From: Heteronotia binoei
Lineage: Eukaryota
Direction of reading: 5' to 3'
DNA: 64,000 bases
NCBI RefSeq assembly: GCF_032191835.1
Contig: NC_083224.1
Coordinates: forward strand, 51,460,001 to 51,524,000
Each line of letters starts with the position of its first letter. Position 1 is the first letter of the stretch. Position numbers and translations under genes: made by a program. Shown here piece by piece: positions 18,659 to 30,426 of the stretch. Below the pieces are notes generated by a model. It did no database searches. It saw only the letters and a list, made by a program, of their open reading frames with translations, and was not told where the DNA came from.

Positions 18659-19974
18659 CTAGTTTGGCCTTGAGTCACCACCTACCATGGAGTTTAGTGC
18701 CCTGTCTTATGCTCTCAGAGCTTTTGCAGCCTCTTATTCTCCAGTCATTCTATTTAATAAGAGCCCTCAAACAGGGCTTTTCTAAATAGGATTCTCCAGG
18801 GCCTAGTAAAGCAGGGATGATCCTGAAGTAGAGGAACATTTTAAAAGGAAATGGAAATGGTTTGGAAGGAAAGAGTCAGAATAATTGATCATACATAATG
18901 ATGCTCCTGCTGCTTTTAGTTTATAATAAAGTTGAAGTACCTTCTTATAACAAGTGTGGGTTCCTTTTGTACTATTGTTGGGGGAGGGATCTGCATAGTC
19001 TTTTGCATTAGTATCCCTGCTGTGTTTAACTGTTTTTAACTGCAGTTTGAAACAAACTTGCATTTTATAGTAAGCAATATTGCTGGGCTTCTCTTGCCTA
19101 GGTAGGCAAGGAACAGATATGGGGAGCTCAATAAACCTTGTACACTTTATCTGCGAACAATGCTGTTATCTTCATATTCCCACAGATTAGAAACAGAGCC
19201 AAAGAAGAGGCTTGGGAAGAGAATCAATTCACTGCACAAGCACCCCAATCAGCTGTTTGGGACACCACAGTCTGAAGAGGGAAGAAGCGTCCAAGAAGTG
19301 CCTGGTATCACTGCCTAGACCTGCTGTACCACTGCCCAAGCACAAGCCAAGTTCCAGTAGCATTGGCAGTACTGCTGATGCTTGTTGTTCCAAGCTACAC
19401 TGCAGTGGTTTTTCCAGCACAATTTGGACTTATCTTCCTCACAACCATCAGGAGCACAGGTTGGGGAGGCAGTGGCCATACATTGAGTGCATTGAGTGCT
19501 GTGCATTGAATGCACAGCAGCCAAGAAGGTCTGAGCGCCTGCTCCGGCTGCAACGCCACTGAGGATGTTCTCCGCAGCTGAGAACGAAACATCTGGAAGG
19601 AAAACTTTCTCCAGTAGAACACGGCACTTGATCCCGAAAGATTCTACAAACCTTAATGATGTTACCAGCCGTGAAAACCTGAAATCTTTGATTATGGCCA
19701 TTCTTTTCCCAACCAGATACAGGCTCTTCTTGGGATGGCAAAATATTTTGAGCTAGCCCTGTCTGGAAAGAGAATGACCAATGACACAGAAGCCATAAAA
19801 GATCTGTCCATTGTCAGGTCTGAAAGCTAGAAACCGTCTTGACCTTCTTGGAGGCTTTTACATATGTTGCAATCACAGTTGATAATTACCCTTTGAGTAG
19901 ATTATAGTAGTCATATTTGTCTTGCCATACCATAACCCAAGACCTTTGCTGACAAATAAGCTCCTAATTTGAGA

Positions 19975-20290
19975 CCTGCAACAAGATGCCTGAAGGACCA
20001 CCTCCCCCTTCATGACCCTGTTGAAGAATAAAAATCTTGATCCAAGTGCCTCCACTGTCAGAGGCAAGATGGGTGGCTGCCCAAGACAGCACTTTCTCTG
20101 TAGTGGCACCCAAATTGTGGAACTTCTCCACAGCTGTTGGTCTGGTGTTCATTCTCTTTAGTTTTAGGTACCAGGGCCAGACTTTTCTGTTTTTACATAG
20201 GATTGTGGTTAATTGTTGTGTGTGGTGTGTTTTATTAATTTTATGCTATATATATTGGCAATGTTCTGATTTTATTGTTTGGTTAATGAA
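19975..20290 (+). mobile_element. L2 LINE 3' fragment
   Basis: Translation VPPLSEARWVAAQDSTFSVVAPKLWN resembles the L2 ORF2 C-terminus. A T-rich 3' UTR follows. Confidence 0.75.
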
Positions 20291-21413
20291 ATGATTTCAT
20301 ACTGATAATATGTGATATTATTTTCAAGCTTTCTGAGAAGTTTATGGCTATCCCATCCGCACCCAGTCAGGACTCTCACTGCCATACCCCCCCTCAGACC
20401 CCCTCGCCACCCCTCGACTCAGGACCCGACAGCCCCCTGACCAGGGCACCCATCTGTGAAGTGGAATGCCTGGGAGTCAGCCTGGGGCTTACAGCAAAGA
20501 AGAGGTGGCCAGAGGGAAGGCAGGCCTCAGTGAAGTGGTTGGGACTGGAGACTCCCTGAGGAAGGCCCGTACCCAGCCTCAGGAGCATGCCAAGCAACCC
20601 CTGACCCCCAGGCAGCGAGGAGGGGGTGGAGGAGCAGGGCCAGGTGCAGGGAGCCAACAAGGCGTGCCTTCAGTGGTGACGCCCTAAAGTTGCAGAAACG
20701 AGAGCCTCCCAGGGAGCATTCTGGTGGGAGGGGGGCAGAGGGCAGCAGCTGGCCAGCCAAGCACCAAGGCAGAGCATCCTGGGAGGGGCTAGATGGATGA
20801 GCAAATGAGGGAGAGGGGATGGAGATAAAAAGAGGCAGCCAGAACTGAGGGGGGCCAATGAGGAAGAAAGGTGGAGCTGGTCCCAGAGCACAGGCAAGCA
20901 CCGAGAGAGGGAGATACGGTGCCATGGCTAGGACCAAGCTGACGAAGGTGACAGGGTGCAGTCAACCTGGCCTTCCCACAGTATCTGAGCCCTGCCCCCA
21001 GCTGCTGCTTAGAGCAGCGGGAGGGGGGCAGGGGCAATAGTTGCTCCAGGGGTGGGCCCAAGCAAGGAGGTGGGGTGTCACAATGGCCCAGAGTTGAGGG
21101 AGAAATCTTGTAAAGAAGAAAAGTTATTTAAACACAATAGGCCTTTAGCCACCTTGTCAGTGTCCCCGCTCCCACTCAAGCCATAAATCGCATATTGTCA
21201 GGTCCATAATTGCTCATATTTCAGAAGCTCTGTTCAAAATAAGTAGGAAAGGAATTGTGGCATACTCCCTATTCCTTTGAAGTGAGAAATTTCATGGGAT
21301 GAAAGACCAATGAACACTTAAGGTGCCTTTGCAATAATTGCTTTATTTACAAATGTACAAGCAGAGCATGGTGAAGGCAAATACTCTCACATAAGCAGAA
21401 AGCACAGCTTGTA

Positions 21414-21625
21414 TCAGATTCCCAGACAGCAATTTGTTCGGCTCTTCCAAGCTGTATCTTCCATTCCAGAGAGCTGAAATGGTCTCTCTCTTTCCAATTT
21501 AAAGCTGCCAATGTCTTCCCCACTCCGATTTTTCTCCGTCTGATGGACTATCTCATTCAAAATATTCGGGAGAACTGCCCAGCTGTCAGTTTTCCCCCTA
21601 ATAATCGCTATCTCCCACTGATGAA
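21414..21625 (-). CDS. Candidate terminal coding exon of an unidentified host gene
   Basis: Pyrimidine-rich ...cctttgtggtacag acceptor, an open frame HQWEIAIIRGKTDSW...RTNCCLGI*, retained CpGs, and AATAAA at 21342-21347. The protein is not recognised. Confidence 0.3.
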
Positions 21626-21985
21626 CTGTACCACAAAGGAATGGAGGGCTTCTTTGAATGGAAAAGTTTGAATATACCTTTGTGGAGGCAGAATTTTGTT
21701 TTGCAGACTTATTTCTATCCATCTGGTTTTCACATTAAAAAAAAATCTATTAATGGGAAAAGAGGGTTTTAGCTTGTGGGCAGCAAATTCATAAAAACCC
21801 TACCAGAAACAGGAAAACCATTTTGTGGAATATGACAAAGCGTGATTTAATTTAATTTGTTGTATGCATTCTGAAGTTTTGGAAAATAAGGGTCTATCCA
21901 TTAAGCATTAGTGAACATTAAACATTTTCATACTCCGGAAGTAATAGTTGAAAATGGACCACTTCGCTACCTTTAGCCCTAAACT

Positions 21986-22165
21986 GGATAGCCCAGGCTA
22001 GCCTGATCTAATCAGATCTCAGAACTTATGCAGCGTTGGCACTGGCTAGTATTTGGTTGGAAGACCTCCAAGGAATACCAGGGTCATGATGATGACACGT
22101 AATGGCAAACCACCTCTGAATGTCCCTTGTCTTGAAAAGCCGGTGGTCATAAGTCAGCTGTTGAC
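21986..22165 (+). mobile_element. 5S rRNA-derived SINE
   Basis: ggatagcccaggctagcctgatct...agtatttggttggaagacc...aatacc plus an RTE-like tail. Confidence 0.75.
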
Positions 22166-22652
22166 AACCATGCACAACGGGGGGGAGAGGGTCAGGGTAT
22201 TAGTTACACATTTGAAATAATTACTTGGTATGGAGTGAAAACTGTGCAGGTTCAGGTGTTGAATAACTTAAAAAAAACTTGCTTATTCCTCTCTTGTTCA
22301 GCCACCTCTCTTGCAAGGCAAAGTCATCTATTGAAACATTTGCTCTGTCAAGGCAGCTGTGCTTTTGCTGAGTCCAAATTGTATCTGCAGTAGGAAGGGA
22401 AATAGCACTGTATTTCCATCTTCCTCAGAGACTAGAGTCTTTCCAAAGTCTTTGTCGCAGTGATCACAGGAATTTATATCGTGTGTGTGTGTGTGTGTTT
22501 GTGTGCCAGAGTACTTTTAACTGGTTAATTTCAAAGTGTGAGCTGATGGATTGGTGTGATTAGTTTATTAATTCTATAATCACAGATAAAAGTGTGCTTT
22601 TTCATTGCATTTAGGTGACATAGCCTCTATGGAAGGGGTTCAGCACAGATAA

Positions 22653-22937
22653 GGAGAGCCAGTTTGGTGTAGTGGTTAAGTGTGCGGACTCTTATCTGGG
22701 AGAACCGGGTTTGATTCCCCACTCCTGCACCTGCTGGAATGGCCTTGGGTCAGCCATAGCTCTGGCAGAAGTTGTCCTTGAAAGGGCAGCTGCTGTGAGA
22801 GCCCTCTCCAGCCCCACCCACCTCACAGGGTGTTTGTTGTGGGGGAGGAAGGTAAAGGAGATTGTGAGCCGCTCTGAGACTCTTCGGAGTGGAGGGCGGG
22901 ATATAAATCCAATATCTAAATCCAAATCCAATATCTA
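22653..22937 (+). mobile_element. Squam3-type tRNA-derived SINE, full length
   Basis: A box tggtgtagtgg, B box ggtttgattccc, and tail gtgagccgctctgagactcttcggagtggagggcgggatataaatccaatatc. Confidence 0.9.
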
Positions 22938-23745
22938 TATTGTAAGCAGCCTATGTTTCCCAATATAGGTGTAAGCATTCATAGACTAATTGCCTGAGAT
23001 GGAAGAAATGGAGGGCTGCATGTTCCTATCTGTATTGCCAGATGGGTGGAAAGAAACATCCTCATCCAAGCTTTGCATTGTGGACAATATTAGTACCAGA
23101 TGGCACACATCAGGATGTGCATTGGATTTCTGAATGTACATCTATATCCAATATGCATGTGAGCTCTACTTCCACAAGAGAGTTTGTGTACAAAACCCAC
23201 TTGTTTCCAAGCAAGAATCTCCTTTTCTGGATTAACAGTGCAGTCCTAAACTGAACTGAAATTCATTGAAGATTGCACTGAAAGTCATATCAGTTTGTCT
23301 TCTTGATTTAGGAATTCTATTTAAGATAATTCTATCACCTCCCCTTTGCATCCAGTGTTATTTAGTTCATGGTGACTGTAATAAAGATGCAGTATCCCCT
23401 AAAGATCACCTGTATTTGGTTGGTTGTTGGAAATTCGTAATTGACCAAGATAGATAGTAAAAAGATGTTTCTAGTTGCCCAGATGTCTCTCTTCCATTGG
23501 TTAAACAACTGGCCAGCTACAGCAACCTTTTTACTAATTCACAGTTATATTAACTGTTAACTCCTGTTGGAAGACATCAGTTTGATGGCAGGGGTTGTAA
23601 ATGTTCAGTCTCCTTGGAAGTATGTCCTACGGAGGTCTATTCCAGTGGGAATCTTCCAAGAAAGCATGCTTTGGACAGGCCATGGCAGGTCTTCAGCACC
23701 CTGCTGACTTTAAGTCCTATTGATGTCAGTGTGGTGATAATAGAA

Positions 23746-25035
23746 AGCCCAATATGGTGTAGTGGTGAAGAGCAACAGACTCTAAACTGGAGACCCAGAT
23801 TTGCTTCCCTACTCCTCCACATGAAGCCTGCTGAGTGACTTTGGGCTCTCTCAGAACTGGCTTAGTAATAGGAAGCAGAGAGTCAGTATAAATGGGCAGT
23901 CTTCGCAGTGGAGGACGGTAAGCAGTGGGGTGCCGCAGGGCTCGGTACTGGGTCCCATGCTCTTTAACTTGTTCATAAATGATTTAGAGTTGGGAGTGAG
24001 CAGTGAAGTGGCCAAGTTTGCGGATGACACTAAATTGTTCAGGGTGGTGAGAACCAGAGAGGATTGTGAGGAACTCCAAAGGGATCTGTTGAGGCTGGGT
24101 GAGTGGGCGTCAACGTGGCAGATGCGGTTCAATGTGGCCAAGTGCAAAGTAATGCACATTGGGGCCAAGAATCCCAGCTACAAATACAAGTTGATGGGGT
24201 GTGAACTGGCAGAGACTGACCAAAAGAGAGATCTTGAGGTCGTGGTAGATAACTCACTGAAAATGTCAAGACAGTGTGCGTCTGCAATAAAAAAGGCCAA
24301 CGCCATGCTGGGAATTATTAGGAAGGGAAATGAAAACAAATCAGCCAGTATCATAATGCCCCTGTATAAATCGATGGTGCGGTCTCATTTGGAGTACTGT
24401 GTGCAGTTCTGGTCGCCGCACCTCAAAAAGGATATTATAGCATTGGAGAAAGTCCAGAGAAGGGCAACTAGAATGATTAAAGGGCTGGAGCACTTTCCCT
24501 ATGAAGAAAGGTTGAAACGCTTGGGACTCTTTAGCTTGGAGAAACGTCGACTGCGGGGTGACATGATAGAGGTTTACAAGATAATGCATGGGATGGAGAA
24601 AGTAGAGAAAGAAGTACTTTTCTCCCTTTCTCACAATACAAGAACTCGTGGGCATTCGATGAAATTGCTGAGCAGAAAGGTTAAAACGGATAAAAGGAAG
24701 TACTTCTTCACCCAAAGGGTGATTAACATGTGGAATTCACTGCCACAGGAGGTGGTGGCGGCCACAAGTATAGCCACCTTCAAGAGGGGTTTAGATAAAA
24801 ATATGGAGCACAGGTCCATTAGTGGCTATTAGCCACAGTGTATGTGTGTATATAAAATTTTTTGCCACTGTGTGACACAGAGTGTTGGACTTGATGGGCC
24901 GTTGGCCTGATCCAACATGGCTTCTCTTATGTTCTTATGTTCTAGAACTCTTTCAGCCCCTCCTCCCTCACAAGGTTGTGGAGAGAGGAAGGGAAGGATA
25001 TTGTAAGCCAATCTGAGACTCCTTCGGATAAATGC
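23746..25035 (+). mobile_element. Squam3-type SINE split by a CR1 insertion
   Basis: The head at 23746-23858 resumes at 24944 with agaactctttcagcccc...gtaagccaatctgagactcc. Confidence 0.7.
23859..24943 (+). mobile_element. Young 5'-truncated CR1 LINE (ORF2 RT C-terminus open from 23861 to 24832)
   Basis: GVPQGSVLGP, KFADDTKL, HLEYCVQFWSPHL, LEKRRLRGDMI. (TTATGTTC)n tail. 6-bp TSD agaact. Confidence 0.95.
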
Positions 25036-26620
25036 CAGCTCTTCTTCTCCTTCTCCTTGGTCTGTTCAGTACTATAGCCACCGCGACAGACTGACTTTGT
25101 AGTTAGACTATATTTTGGGGGGAAGTTCCTTGGAGGCTAATTCTGGGTTCCTCAGAGAAAAGATCATTAATAGCAGACTGCCTTCTTACTTGAGAGACAG
25201 CTTGCCCTTTATTACAAATCTTCAGCAATGAGCATCTGCCAGCAGAAATCTATTATGTTCTCAGGTGTGCTCTCTGTTCGTGTGAAATGTACAGGCCTGG
25301 CTAGACACTGCATGAATTGGTGATGAGCCCTACAGCATTTCTCTAAGTACTTTGCAGTATGTGGGGGGTTTAATGGCAGGCAAATCGACACAGAAAGCAG
25401 ACTGCTTAAAAAGCACTGTTATGCAGTGTAGCAGAGTAGTGGAGGGGGAAGGCTGTGAAAATCTTGTGTAAAAGTATTTTAAAAGCTCTTTGACTATTCT
25501 ACTGCCTTTGCACATTTGCTCTCTTATTCTCACTCACGCAAACACAAATAGATACAAGCCATCCCACTCATTCTAGGAATTTCTCCTCTCTAGCAATATA
25601 AAATTGGGACAGTTGTGTGTGTGAGTACTTGATGTTCCATCCACTGAGGGGTACCCAGTTAAGTATTTTTCTGAGGAAAGCAATTACTCCATTTTCTGGG
25701 AACACAGTAATGACCTTTTTAGACCAGCGTTTCTTGGGTAGGGACTATCTCTAAGGCAGAATGTGGATGACTGGGGTAGGGGCAGACTCTGTCCCCTTAA
25801 TTTGATTGCTTGGTAGATAGTAAGCCTTTCTCCCTTTCAGTCCCTTGGAGGAACTCTGAGTAAATTTTTCCTCTAGCCAGAAGTGGAGGTGGATTCCTCC
25901 TTCCCTCTTCATAGGCAACAATGTGGCAAATGAAGTTTGGCATTGGTAAGTGTAAAATGATGCACATTGGGACAAAAAAAAAAATCTTCACTTCAAGTAT
26001 AGTACTAATGGGGTCTCATGTTGCTGAGACTGAAAGGGGAAATTATCTTGGGGTTGCAGTGGATAGCTCAATTAAAGTGTCAACCCAGTGTGCTGCAGCA
26101 GTGAAAAAGGCAAAATCTATATCAGGATTACTAGGAAAGTGATTGTGAATAAAACAGCCAATATTGTCTATTGTATATGCTCCTGTATATGTCTATGGTG
26201 TGGCCTTGGAATATTGTGTATAGTTTTGGTCACCTTTGCAGAGTTGGAAAAAGTACAGAGGAGGACAGCCAAAATTATTAAGGGGTTGGAGCATCTTCCC
26301 TATGAGGAAAGGCTGAAGAGTTTGAACATTTTAGTTTAGAAAAGAGATTACTGTGGTGGGGGGGGCAATGATAGATGTTTATCAAATTTTGCATGGGGTG
26401 GAGAGCATCGACAAAGAGCTATTTTTTCTCCTTCTCCCCAGATACTTGAAATTGAGGGCATCCAATGAAGCTGATCATCAGTAGGTTCAAGACAGACCAA
26501 AGGAAATAGTACTATACACAAAGAGTGATTGTGGAATTCACTGCCAGAAGGTGTAGTGATGGCCACAGAAATAAACAGTTTTAAAAGGGATTAGATAGAT
26601 TCATGAAGGGTGTCTATCTC

Positions 26621-28652
26621 TGCCCCTTTATGACACACAGCTTACTGTGGAGAATCCAGGAAGTCAAGACTTTAAGCTTAGCTTTGGATTCTGTGCCTGC
26701 GGTACGCACCATTCTTCTTCTCCAGTGTATTTATTCTGAAGCTCAGTATAAATACACTAGGCTCTGTGCTGCCTTCTGAGAAGGCAGCCCAGCTGGGCTT
26801 GCCGTGTGTGCAGGGAGTCAGTGGCTCCCGGCAGGCGCAACTCAGTGCTGCCTCCTCTTGCCGCCCAGTTGAAACCAAGCAGTGGGAGAGAACAGCCCAG
26901 TTGGTCTTGCTGTGGGTGCAGGAAGCTGATGGCTTCTGGCAGGCACAGCTTGGTGCAGCCTTCTTGTGCCACCCAGTTCAAACTGGGCAGCAAGAGAAGG
27001 CAATCCAGCAGGGAGTCTTTTTTTTTTACAAGCAGTATGAGGTCTCCTATTGATAGACTCATGCTGCTTGATTTTTTTTTCAAGTCACGTTAGCCTTTAT
27101 TGGCATAAAATATATAAATATGTATATCAAAGCAAATTGTTTAAAAAAAAGATAAAATGGAATGATTGCATACATATACATCAGGAAAAGCATAAACGTA
27201 AACTATTTCTATGAGATCCTCAGGTGTGCCTTTAAAACAGAATAAAGAAACTTAGCCACTTTCTCAGTGACACTAGATGAAGTAACGTTCAAAAGATTAT
27301 AGACCTTAAGTGCATCACAACAATCAACCATGCTAACTAAAGGAGGATGTAAATACTTGTGATGAAGATCTGTATACAAATTACAATAAAGAAGAATATG
27401 AGTAACTGACTCCACGCATTTTTGCTTACAGAGACAGTATCTGACTGAGTAGGCTGTCTTGTTAAATCTGCCATAAAGAATGGCAGAGGGCATGGCGTTG
27501 CATCTGGCAAGGGAAAAAGCTCTATGCTGCTGTGGCACCTGCAAGACAGATAGATATGAGGCCATTTTCCCAATACTAAGAGAGATCTCAAAACTCAGTG
27601 GGGAACAAGTTTGCTTAGCCAGACTGTGTAGGTCTTGGCGCTCAATATCTCGCAACCTGTTTTTAATTTGTTGGACTGCGGTGGTGAAGGACAGCATGGA
27701 CAATAGTTCTAGGGATAAACCCATTGCTTTTATTTTCCTCTCAATTTGTGCTGACCAATTTGACAAATTAAATTCAGAGAGCATTTGAGAGATATAGCTC
27801 CTGGGTTCAGAGTTGTAGTGCAAGCGTAGCCAGAATTTGAAGGTCATGAGCCATGCACTAGTAACCATTAAAGACATGCCAGTTTCTAAGTAGATAACTG
27901 CTTATGGGACACATTTTGGCATGCCCAGAATTTTACGCAAGAATTTGGATTGGACACGTTCGATAGCACCTTCATAAAATCCAATCCAGATTGGGATGCC
28001 ATACAGTAGTTGTGAAATCACTTAGGCTTTGAATATTTTTATGGCAGCTGGCACAAATTGGTTACCTGTGCCATTAAAAAAAAGCGTGCTATGGCAGATG
28101 CACTGATGTTATCTATCTTCACGGCATATTTGCGATGGGTAGACCAAGTCACACTATATTGAAAATAAACACCTTAGTATTTAAAATACTTGACTTGCTC
28201 TATCTCTTTACCATCAATAACTCATTTGTAAAGTCTCCACTTTTTTGAGAAAACTAAGATTTTGGACTTCTCATAATTGAGCTAGAGCTTATTACTAATT
28301 AAATACAGAACACAACGGGACAACAGACATCTTAAGCCCACTCTAGAGCAGGACAACAAGACAAATTTAAATGTAGGTAGGGGTGGCCTACAAGGGACAG
28401 GGTGGGGGGAAATCCAAGGGAAGCTGTATGCTCTTGATTTAGCTTCAGCTTGAAAGCAAAGCAAGAGAAAAACCACCACAAGTGAAGAAAGGGAAAAACC
28501 GCCACAAAACCACTCTTACAAAACCTAGGAAAAGAATGAATGAAAAGAAAATGGATTGCTGAAGGGAGGAAAAAAAATGCAGAATGAAAAAGATAACCCA
28601 ATGGACATGCACAGTGAAAGTGAGGCAACCCCTCCCCCATGCATAAAGGGGT
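26621..28652. mobile_element. Probable TIR (MITE-like) element inside the CR1
   Basis: Ends tgcccctttatg / cataaaggggta. Internal degenerate tandem duplication with a 108-bp period (26785/26893). TSD unclear. Confidence 0.45.
27074..28427 (-). mobile_element. 5'-truncated non-LTR retrotransposon (RTEX/L1-like) fragment
   Basis: VKYFKY*GV (RT thumb), SQLLYGIPIW, and the C-terminal CLC...VESVTHILLYC knuckle. AATAAA plus a poly(A) tail. TSD atgctgcttgatt / atgctcttgatt. The clade assignment is uncertain. Confidence 0.75.
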
Positions 28653-29899
28653 AATGGCCACTAGCCATGGTGACTTAGGAGAACTTTTCAGTAAACTTTT
28701 CAGTAAACCTCTGAATCACAGAGTGGGGAGGCAACATCAGGGAAAGGCCTCAGCCTCTATGCTCTGTTGTTGGCCCTCCAGAGGAACTGATTGGCCACTG
28801 TATGAGATGGGATGCTGGATTGGATGGACTATTGGTCTGATCAGGGCTCTTCTTTTGTTATGTTCTTAATTTCCTACAAGCAGAAGCCCTGAAAATTATG
28901 CAGCAATTTTAATTTTAACATGTCTGTTCTAACTTCTGTTTTCCTGATGCTTCTGTTCTTTGTGTCACCAGCAAATACTTAGATACAGCTGTGGATTAGA
29001 AATTTGGTTTAAACCCCATTTTTGCCTCTGCTCCACTTGAACAGGTTATGCTTCAGCTTGCTATTTAAGAACTTAGGATCCATCTTATTCCACCTAGAAA
29101 ACTAGGGCAACTTAATGACTGACCTAAAATGTTGACCTAGAACTGCCACCAAGACTGGACAACAGTGGAATGACAGGGGACCCTTATTTCCATCTTTGTG
29201 TGTATTGTGAGCTCTACTTATGCTCATATTGGCTGTACAGCATATGCCCCTATTCTTTGCAGGCCATGGTAAACCTCAGCATATGGCATGCCGGGAGACA
29301 TTCAAAAATTAGTGGTACAGCAAAATAAGAGCCCAAACAAACAAAATGCCCTTCACTGTTGCCAGCTGTGGAGACGCCAATGGAATTTTGCATAGCATTT
29401 ATCATAAGCATGCTGTATATGACTTAGCCACCAATCCTTGAAAAAGCATTCAATGAAACTTTTCAAAAACAAGAGACCTAAGGACTGCAATCTATAATTG
29501 TCCTTTTTGTTTTCTAGCTTGCAAGTGGAAAGGCCGGAAAATGCAAAGAGTTATTGTCATTCCCTGGTCTGCCATTTGAAATATTCACAATAGTGAATTT
29601 ACTCCCCCCTTCCCCTCATTTATTTCCCCCTTCCTCCCTATTTACATGCCTTAAATATAGGAAAACAGTAGTTTTTTGTGCCCCCCCCCCCACATGCTGA
29701 ATTGTGGCTTTTCATTTCAGCTTGTGAGTTTTTACCCATCTCTAAAAATCAACCCAAAAAGCAGAAGCAGTGACAAACACTCCACTGTAGCGGGGCCCGT
29801 CTGTTGCCTGCCTCTTTACATAGTCTTTCACTACTTGCTAACAACTTATTGAGTGCCTCAGATTTTCTGGTGTGGTGACCTTATGCATGATTCAAGCTG

Positions 29900-30426
29900 C
29901 CAGCGGCACAATAATGTGCTGTGCAGCAGCGGCGGCAGCAGCTTTGGCCCAGCTCTTTCTCTGTCCTAGTTTCCTTGTGCATGTGTATTCCAGACTCCTC
30001 TACAAAATCCAGGTCTGGTTTTGGGGCCTGCCTTCTTTTTTGTGTGTGCATCTTTGCCTTTTTCTTCCTCTCTCTCCCTCCCAACCTCTCTGCGCTGTAC
30101 TCTCAGGGGGATCTCATCACTGCTGCAGCATCACTAACAACCTCAATCCAGGAGGCTGGGAAAGAGAGGCGGAAGGGGGAGAAAAAAGCTGAATGAATGG
30201 GCATCGCATCAGTGATCATTATGGGGAGAACAGCGGCTGCTGCATAGAGAGGAGGAATTGTTTTTAAAGAACGGGAGGAAGAGGCAAAGGAAATGAAACA
30301 AGCGCTGCCAGGACAATGAAACCGGGTTTCATCGGAAGGCTTTCTCTGGACAAGTAATCAATGCAAGAGAAGGTAGCGCCTGCTGGAGCATCGGCTACTG
30401 TATCTTCCATTGACGCTCAGGTGAGT
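29900..30426 (+). promoter_or_regulatory. Candidate alternative first exon / 5' region of an unidentified host gene
   Basis: CpG-retaining and purine-rich. ATG at 30361 opens 20 codons ending at a consensus donor CAG|GTGAGT (30420/30421). Confidence 0.3.

Larger units (their letters stand above)
25915..28868 (+). mobile_element. Older CR1 (25915-26618 plus 28653-28868) interrupted by a nested insert
   Basis: Frameshifted WQMKF..KCKMMHIG and ELEKVQRRTAKIIKGLEHLPYEERLK. The 3' UTR resumes at aatggccactagcc and ends ttatgttctta. Confidence 0.8.

Noticed and set aside
20340-21100. GC-rich island with several short ORFs on both strands
   Set aside because: No recognisable domain, terminal repeats or TSD. 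Probably a decayed TE fragment; left unassigned.
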